This document shows positions 55,864-64,000 of a stretch of 64,000 bases of DNA, piece after piece. Numbering within the stretch: position 1 is the first letter of the stretch; each line of letters starts with the position of its first letter. The stretch is from NCBI GenBank assembly GCA_044376115.1, contig JBILLK010000004.1:128001-192000 (forward strand). Direction: 5' to 3'. The translations under genes and the position numbers were made by a program. The notes under the pieces were generated by a model, which saw only the letters and a list, made by a program, of their open reading frames with translations, was not told where the DNA came from and searched no databases. The stretch is from Polyangiaceae bacterium (lineage in GTDB: Bacteria; Myxococcota_A; Polyangia; Polyangiales; Polyangiaceae).

Positions 55864-56001
55864 TCAGCGGTCCCCCAACTCAACTCGGGGGTAGCCCGTG
55901 AGTGTTGGGACGAAAGGCGCGGGAACCCGTACTCCACCCGGGAGGCGGTCACAAGCGCGTCAAACGCTGGGAGCAAGTCCTTGGCATGCAGCCGCTAGGC
56001 C

Positions 56002-56030
56002 TTGACCGGATTGACGGTCCCCTTTAGATA
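56002..56030 (+). promoter_or_regulatory. Putative sigma70 promoter for the topoisomerase operon
   Basis: TTGACC-17 bp-TAGATA, about 50 nt before ATG 56080. Confidence 0.4.
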
Positions 56031-56079
56031 GGCGCGTTGCGCACTGAACGCGGGTTTACCGCGTGCGCCGAAATGACCT

Positions 56080-58437
56080 ATGCGACCTCGCGGCAACGAC
56101 GTCAAAGCTACGCCCCCCCTCTACTTCGAGGATGCACCGCTCTCCAAAGAAGCGGAGCGTCGCTACCTCAACTACGCGCTGAGCGTGATCACCTCGCGCG
56201 CCCTCCCCGACGTGCGGGATGGGCTCAAGCCGGTGCAACGCCGCATCCTCTACACGATGCAGCATGACCTGCATCTCGGGGCGGACGCCAAACCGAAGAA
56301 GAGCGCGCGCGTCGTCGGTGACGTAATGGGTAAGTACCACCCACACGGCGACCAAGCGATCTATGACGCGATGGTGCGCATGGCCCAAAGCTGGGTGTTG
56401 CGCGTCCCGCTCGTCGAGGGCCAGGGCAACTTCGGCAGCATCGACGGGGACGGCGCGGCCGCCATGCGTTACACCGAGTCGCGTTTGCGGCCGATCGCCG
56501 ACGAGCTGCTCAAAGAGCTCGGCCAGCGCACGGTGGAGTGGCGCCCCAACTACGACGGCACCCAGAGCGAACCGACGGTGTTGCCGGCGCGCTTCCCGCA
56601 GCTCTTGGTGAACGGCGCCCAAGGCATCGCCGTCGGTATGGCCACCACCATCCCGCCGCACAACCTCGGGGAGATCATCGACGCCTCCATCCTCTCGATC
56701 GAGGACCCGTCGGTCACCACCAAGAAGCTACTTTCGGTCGTGAAGGGTCCTGATTTTCCGACCGGCGGCCTGCTCACCGCAACCAAGCGCGAGCTCGAAG
56801 ACGTGTATGAAAGCGGCTCCGGGTCGTTCAAGTTGCGCGGCGAATGGACCACGGAGGAAGACGGTAAGCGCGGCACACAGCTGATCGTGACGTCGATCCC
56901 ATTCTCGGTCGAACGCGGCGCCATCGTCGAGAAGATCGCAGCGGTGATCATCAGCAAGAAGCTGCCCGGCCTGCTCGACGTGCGGGACGAGTCGACCGAC
57001 GTGATTCGCATCGTGATGGAGCTCAAGAAAGGCACCGATCCGAATCTGGTGATGGCGTACCTCTACAAGCAGACGCCGCTCGCGCAGAACGTCCAGGTCA
57101 ACATGACCTGCCTCGTGCCGATCGGCGGTGAAGATGCGCTGGGCGCGCCGCTGATGGGGCCGAAGCGGCTCGGGCTTGCCGCCATCCTGCGGGAGTTCCT
57201 GACCTTCCGGCAGAAGACGCTGCAGCGTCGGCTGCAGTTCGAGCTGGGTGAACTACAAGCCCGCATCCACCTGCTCGAGGGCTTCGAGATCGTCTTCGAT
57301 GCGCTCGACGAGGTGATCCGCATCATCCGCGCGAGCGAGGGCCGCGCCGATGCGAAGGCCAAGCTGATGAAGCGCTTCGAGCTCACCGAGGAGCAGACCG
57401 ACGCGATCTTGGATCTGCGTCTTTACAAGCTCGCCAAGCTCGAAATTCTGCTCATTCGCAAAGAGCTCGCGGAGAAGCGCGCCGAAGCGAAGAAGCTGGA
57501 GACGTTGCTCAAGAGCGACGCCAAGCAGTGGGATCTGATCAAGGCTGAGCTCTCGCGCATCAAGGCGGAGTTCTCGGACAAGCGTCGCACCAAAATCACC
57601 AGCACCGCCGCCGAGGCCGAGTTCCAAGAGGAGGACTTCATCACCTTGGAAGACGCCACGGTGGTGCTCTCGGCTCAAGGCTGGATCAAGCGCGCCCGCG
57701 AGATCAAAGACGTCGCGGCCACGCGCCTGCGTGACGGTGACACTGTGCTCGAGGTAACGGCGGGCTCCACGCGCTCGTCGCTCGCCTTCTTCTCGTCGTA
57801 CGGCAGCTGCTACACCACCCGCATCCACGATGTGCCGCCCTCCACCGGCTACGGAGATCCGGTGCAGAAGCTGTTCAAGCTGGCCGACGGTGAGCGCATG
57901 TTGTCGATGCTCAGCTTCGATCCGCGCGTTTTGGAGGTGCCCGAGCCGGAAGGCGATGAGCCGCAGGCGCCTTTCGCTGTCGCCATCACCAAGCAAGGCC
58001 TCGGCTTCAAATTCTCGCTGCGTGGCCACCGCGATCCTTCCACGCGCGCGGGCCGCAAATACGCGCGGCTCAACGAAGGGGACGAGATCGTGTTCGTCGG
58101 TCTGCTCGAGAATGACTCCGATGCGGTAGCCACCATCTCCAGCGATGGCCACGCCCTGGTGGTCAAGACCAAGGAGCTCGCGCTGCTCTCGGGCGCGGGC
58201 AAAGGCACCATCGTACAAAAGCTCGCCGAGGGCGAACGGCTGCTTGGCGGCGTGATCGCACCCAAAGGCAAAGGTTTGTTGATGTTCGAGACCGACAAGG
58301 GCCGCTTGCTCCAGCTCGACGTAACCAAGGTTGCTGGCGCTCGCGCCTCGCGCGGCGAGCTGGTGACGAAGAAGGACAAGCCTGTGAAAGTCGTGATGCC
58401 AGCCCCCACCGCGCCTGCAATGCGCGAGGAGACCTGA
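56080..58437 (+). CDS. parC: Type IIA topoisomerase subunit A (topoisomerase IV/ParC-like)
   Basis: [37 protein letters not shown]. No GyrA-box seen, so the parC label is an inference. Confidence 0.88.
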   Translation: MRPRGNDVKATPPLYFEDAPLSKEAERRYLNYALSVITSRALPDVRDGLKPVQRRILYTMQHDLHLGADAKPKKSARVVGDVMGKYHPHGDQAIYDAMVRMAQSWVLRVPLVEGQGNFGSIDGDGAAAMRYTESRLRPIADELLKELGQRTVEWRPNYDGTQSEPTVLPARFPQLLVNGAQGIAVGMATTIPPHNLGEIIDASILSIEDPSVTTKKLLSVVKGPDFPTGGLLTATKRELEDVYESGSGSFKLRGEWTTEEDGKRGTQLIVTSIPFSVERGAIVEKIAAVIISKKLPGLLDVRDESTDVIRIVMELKKGTDPNLVMAYLYKQTPLAQNVQVNMTCLVPIGGEDALGAPLMGPKRLGLAAILREFLTFRQKTLQRRLQFELGELQARIHLLEGFEIVFDALDEVIRIIRASEGRADAKAKLMKRFELTEEQTDAILDLRLYKLAKLEILLIRKELAEKRAEAKKLETLLKSDAKQWDLIKAELSRIKAEFSDKRRTKITSTAAEAEFQEEDFITLEDATVVLSAQGWIKRAREIKDVAATRLRDGDTVLEVTAGSTRSSLAFFSSYGSCYTTRIHDVPPSTGYGDPVQKLFKLADGERMLSMLSFDPRVLEVPEPEGDEPQAPFAVAITKQGLGFKFSLRGHRDPSTRAGRKYARLNEGDEIVFVGLLENDSDAVATISSDGHALVVKTKELALLSGAGKGTIVQKLAEGERLLGGVIAPKGKGLLMFETDKGRLLQLDVTKVAGARASRGELVTKKDKPVKVVMPAPTAPAMREET

Positions 58438-58438
58438 G

Positions 58439-60382
<1,944 letters not shown>

Positions 60383-60494
60383 AGTCGAAGGTCGTCGGCG
60401 GAACCCGTGACGTGGCGGTTACGCCTCGTGAACGAGTATTCACACAGCCCGACTGAACAGCCGACTTTCCAGCACATTTTAGGCAAATAGGGTT

Positions 60495-60510
60495 TGGCCC
60501 GGCGGTTGCT
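60495..60510 (+). promoter_or_regulatory. sigma54 (-24/-12) promoter
   Basis: TGGCCCGGCGGTTGCT is one mismatch from TGGCACG-N4-TTGCW and lies 57 nt upstream of the AraC-like gene. Confidence 0.65.
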
Positions 60511-60567
60511 TAAGGGGAATCACAAGCGCGGGTTCAAAGAGAGCCCACGCGGACGAGGAGAGCCCCT

Positions 60568-61035
60568 GTGTTGAGCCAAACCGCCGTTGCTTACGTTCCC
60601 CCCGCCCCGCAGTCCCACAGCCAACTCAAGAGCGACATCACCGGTCTAATCGCCGCCAACAATCGTGAAGCGGACGAGCTTACGAACGCCTCCGAAGAGC
60701 GCGTTCTTCCCGGGACGATGCTGCGCCTGATCGCCGCACGCACCCGCATCTTCGAGGCAGCCCGCGCAGGCCAGCGCATCCGCACCTACGAGGTCGCGCT
60801 CGATCTCGACATGAGCGAGTTCCACTTCGCTCGGCAATTCCGCCTGGCCTTCGATCGCTCACCGCACGTCTATTACGACGAGGTTCGTGCCGAGAGCGCC
60901 CGCGCTCTGCTAGCTGCCGGCCTCTCCGACGGTGTGGTCGCTCGGAAGATTGGCTTCCGCCGTCCTGCTGAGCTGCGCGCTCTCTTGTCCAAGCGCGTGC
61001 CCGGTACGCTTCCCCCCGAGCTGATGCGTGCGTGA
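60568..61035 (+). CDS. Small AraC-family HTH regulator
   Basis: EVALDLDMSEFHFARQFR..F..SPH.Y....R...AR.LL...VVARKIGF; GAGGAG RBS. Confidence 0.85.
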   Translation: MLSQTAVAYVPPAPQSHSQLKSDITGLIAANNREADELTNASEERVLPGTMLRLIAARTRIFEAARAGQRIRTYEVALDLDMSEFHFARQFRLAFDRSPHVYYDEVRAESARALLAAGLSDGVVARKIGFRRPAELRALLSKRVPGTLPPELMRA

Positions 61036-61079
61036 GCGGGGGGCCGCAGCGCCACCGCCCACAGACGCGATGACGAACG

Positions 61080-61898
61080 TCAGCTCGCTTCAGCGCTGAG
61101 CTTTTCGCCCGAAACTTTATCGTTTGCTTCCTTCGTCTGTTCCACAGGCTCCACCGTTCCTCCGATTGAAACCAGAAGCTCGGCCAACGCCGCTCGGGTT
61201 CTGTCACGGAGGTCTGCGACGCGGAGGCCTTCCTTCCCGTCTTTGCGTGCATAGAGCGGCTTGCCGACCACGACGCGCACCACACGATGGTTGTTAGCGC
61301 CGGTGTCTCGTGCTCCGCGTTTCATCAGGTCGAAGGTCCCTTGCAACGCAACCGGCACCACCGGCACGTCGCCACGGATCGCCGCATGAAAAGCGCCGTT
61401 TTTGAACGCCCGCATGGAGCCCGTCTCGGTGCGTGTACCTTCCGGGAAGACGAGCAACGGCTTGCCCTCCTTGAGCACCTCAACGAACCGCTGAATCACT
61501 TGGGCCGCCGCGCGGGAGCCGGAACCTCGGTCCACCGGCACATGGCCGGAGAGCTTGAGATGCCAGCCAAGAAACGGAATCTTTAGGAGCGAGCGCTTCG
61601 CGGCCCACTTGTAGTCCCCGGGTAGAGCGCTGCCGAGCACCAACACATCGACGATACTCTGATGGTTGCTGCAATAGATGAAGGCCGCGTCCTTCGGGAC
61701 GTTCTCGAGCCCCTCGGCGATCACCTCGATGTCGAGTGCCTTCGCGCTCGACTGACACCACCGCCGCATCGCCCAAAGGCTCGCTCGATGATCCTTCGTC
61801 AGCGGCCCGAGGGTAACCGACAAGGTCCCGTAGTACGCCGTGCGCGCGGCAAAGGGTCCCCACTGCTTGCTTGCTCGTAGCCAAGAAAGGACTGACAC
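61080..61898 (-). CDS. plsC: 1-acyl-sn-glycerol-3-phosphate acyltransferase
   Basis: NHQSIVD, VDR, FPEGTR, VPVVP. Confidence 0.92.
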   Translation of the reverse strand: MSVLSWLRASKQWGPFAARTAYYGTLSVTLGPLTKDHRASLWAMRRWCQSSAKALDIEVIAEGLENVPKDAAFIYCSNHQSIVDVLVLGSALPGDYKWAAKRSLLKIPFLGWHLKLSGHVPVDRGSGSRAAAQVIQRFVEVLKEGKPLLVFPEGTRTETGSMRAFKNGAFHAAIRGDVPVVPVALQGTFDLMKRGARDTGANNHRVVRVVVGKPLYARKDGKEGLRVADLRDRTRAALAELLVSIGGTVEPVEQTKEANDKVSGEKLSAEAS

Positions 61899-61991
61899 TC
61901 TTCTTCGCTAGCAGAGCTTGTGCTCGATGTTGAGCGCAACACGCATAGCGACCACTCAGTCACGCTCGCGCGCAACAAGGCGACCAACCGG

Positions 61992-62915
61992 TCACCTTCG
62001 CGGGCCCTTCGGCGGTGGAGCGTTCGCCGGTACATACGGCGGCATCAGAGCTCCCCAGCCGAGTGAAACAGCGCCGCCCGCGCGCTCGAACTTCACGCTG
62101 AAGACAGCCGGCTTGTTCACGTCGCTCACCACGCCACGACGCATCTTCCCGAGATGTTCGGCCCAAACGGCGGTACCGACCTTCGGCTCGTAGGTGACAG
62201 GAATCAGCACCAAATCGGCTGTCTTGACGATCGCAGAGGCACCACCGTAGCCAAGCGCAAGCCACTCCGTCGCGTCCTTCCCCTCGCCCGCGACGGGCGC
62301 CACCAAGAGCATGTGCTCATAGCCCTCCCCGGTGCGCCATGCGACGTAGTTGCCCGGCGCAAAGCCGTCCGATTGAGCCATCAGCTGCTCGGCTTCGAGC
62401 AAGCGATCGCCGTGTTGCGGCGTGTCGGTCAGACGGACACTGACCTTGTTTTTGCTCATGCCTTTGACCACGCCGTGGCGCAGCAAGCCGGCAAACGAAG
62501 TGATCACGGGCTGATTCAAACGCGGCGTGCGCGCCCCCGGTTGATGCACCACGAGGTAGCTTGGGTGAAGCGGGTAGTCAGGGTCCTCTCCACCGTCGAT
62601 GAGCAGGAAATCCCGGTCTTTTCCGGCCACCGTCGTCGCCCGCAGCTGAAAGGCGCTGCCCAACTTGGCGCCGCGCAGCATCGCTACGGGAACCGCGTAA
62701 ACGACGGTTCCGGGCGCAAGATCCAGCTTCCGAGCTGGGAGGTCGAGCGGGTTGGGATTGACCGCTTGGGTCGTCACCACCGGCTTTGCCCGGGGCAGTA
62801 GCGACGACACCTCCGGCGCTTTGGGCGCTACCTCGACCGAGTCCGCGTCACCGCACGACCACAAGGCGCACAAGGCGCCGAGCAGGCAGACGGAATGACG
62901 AGGCTTTAGGCTCAC
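61992..62915 (-). CDS. Lipoprotein with tandem Tudor/SH3-like repeats
   Basis: LWSC lipobox; four segments of the form P(G)..V.A....(G.V)...V.F. Start approximate. Confidence 0.65.
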   Translation of the reverse strand: MSLKPRHSVCLLGALCALWSCGDADSVEVAPKAPEVSSLLPRAKPVVTTQAVNPNPLDLPARKLDLAPGTVVYAVPVAMLRGAKLGSAFQLRATTVAGKDRDFLLIDGGEDPDYPLHPSYLVVHQPGARTPRLNQPVITSFAGLLRHGVVKGMSKNKVSVRLTDTPQHGDRLLEAEQLMAQSDGFAPGNYVAWRTGEGYEHMLLVAPVAGEGKDATEWLALGYGGASAIVKTADLVLIPVTYEPKVGTAVWAEHLGKMRRGVVSDVNKPAVFSVKFERAGGAVSLGWGALMPPYVPANAPPPKGPRR

Positions 62916-63055
62916 GCGGGCGAGCCTTGCACAGCCCACCGCCTAGGTCGAGCGGACCGAACCCAGCCGCCTTTTGTCCCCAATCTGCAGCGCCAGGCGC
63001 GTTGAAAGCGAGTCATTCGGCCGCGGGCGTCTGCGTTTGCTAACCTTGCTCCATC

Positions 63056-63931
63056 TTGCGTCGCCTCGTCGAGCTTCCAGACAAAGGTCTCCTCATGGTG
63101 GCCACCGACCTTCAAGGCAATCTCGGCGACTACGAGACCTTGGAGCGTCGTTTTGAAAGCGTGCGCGCAACGCGTAGCGACGTGTATCTGCTCATCACCG
63201 GAGACCTGGTTCACGGCCCGGAGATCCCCAAAGACGTATGGCCGCCGCATCTCGGAGCCTTCTATCAAGGGGACTCAGCGGCCTTGGTCAAGCGCGCTCA
63301 GCAGCTGAAGGAGCGGCATCCCGATCACGTGCATTTCCTCTTGGGCAACCACGAGCATGCTCACGTTGGTGGTCCTGTCGTGTCCAAGTTCTTTCCCGAC
63401 GAAGCAGAACGACTCGAAGGCCTCATGGCTCCGGAAGAAGCGGCAAGTTTTCGCGATTGGATCCGCGATTGGCCGTTCGTTGCGATCGCGAAGGACGCCG
63501 GCCTTTGCTTTACGCATGCAGCTCCGTTTGCACCGATTCAGTCGGCTGAAGAGCTGGACCGGCTACCGCTGCTGGTCAACGTCGAGGACGAGGTCGACCT
63601 GGAAGGGCGGTCGATGATCATCGCGCTCCTTTGGGCGCGCACCGCCTCGAGCGAGCGAGCGCACGCGTTCCTCCGTGCGCTTCACCCTTCTCTGCGCGTG
63701 GCCGTTTATGGTCACGACGTCGCCAACGAGGGCTACGCGATCGATCGCGAGCCATTGCTCTGCATCTCCTCAAGCTTCGGCTGTCACGACGGCGACAAAC
63801 TGATCCTCGAGTGGGACCTCTCCGTGCGCGCCCAAAGCGCCGTTCACGTCGCCCACACAGGGCTTCGGCCGCTCTACCCGGACGTTCCGCCCGTGCACCG
63901 CAAGCTCGTGTGGCCTCGCGCCAACGGCTAA
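63056..63931 (+). CDS. Calcineurin-like metallophosphoesterase
   Basis: TDLQGN, TGDLVHG, LGNHE, FTHA, YGHD. Confidence 0.88.
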   Translation: MRRLVELPDKGLLMVATDLQGNLGDYETLERRFESVRATRSDVYLLITGDLVHGPEIPKDVWPPHLGAFYQGDSAALVKRAQQLKERHPDHVHFLLGNHEHAHVGGPVVSKFFPDEAERLEGLMAPEEAASFRDWIRDWPFVAIAKDAGLCFTHAAPFAPIQSAEELDRLPLLVNVEDEVDLEGRSMIIALLWARTASSERAHAFLRALHPSLRVAVYGHDVANEGYAIDREPLLCISSSFGCHDGDKLILEWDLSVRAQSAVHVAHTGLRPLYPDVPPVHRKLVWPRANG

Positions 63932-64000
63932 CTTCGCGACGAAATCAGCCTTATCCCAGCCGCGACTCCGGCGTCGATCTCGCTCTCGGTCAAGTACGGC
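63928..64000 (-). CDS. 3' end of a gene entering from beyond the window
   Basis: Minus frame reads PYLTESEIDAGVAAGIRLISSRS*, converging on the phosphoesterase stop. Confidence 0.45.
   Translation of the reverse strand, partial: PYLTESEIDAGVAAGIRLISSRS

Noticed and set aside
55870..55915. GTCCC...GGGACGAAA resembling hammerhead ribozyme stem II
   Set aside because: The required CTGANGA core is missing upstream; probably just a hairpin in the bamA leader.

Overview
GC-rich chromosomal window, most likely from a Myxococcota bacterium (Polyangiales/Polyangiaceae-like; inferred from the gene families and the many Gly/Cys-rich lipoproteins and Hanks kinases). Housekeeping blocks are atpD-atpC-dnaG-rpoD, cysH-tauE-cysD-cysN, bamA, a divergent type II topoisomerase pair in A-then-B order, and plsC. 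Between them lie accessory genes: TolC, a degenerate membrane pyrophosphatase, a SWIM-SNF2 helicase, tandem endostatin-like lipoproteins, DUF885, a DUF1592/DUF1552 pair and a 15-kb lipoprotein-dense stretch. I found no rRNA, tRNA, CRISPR array, transposase or integrase by eye. Most notable: (1) a translationally coupled four-gene operon (TraB-like OmpA barrel, LysM-FecR-FN3-barrel protein, Ser/Thr kinase with pseudo-receiver tail, Cache/HAMP adenylate cyclase) that looks like a trans-envelope signalling system; (2) a non-coding structured repeat of about 40 nt in three copies with a compensatory base-pair change, two copies bracketing the SNF2 gene and one lying just after a sigma54-like promoter; (3) three apparent pseudo-enzymes (membrane PPase, rhomboid, APS-kinase remnant). 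All calls come from motif recognition by eye; no database searches were run.
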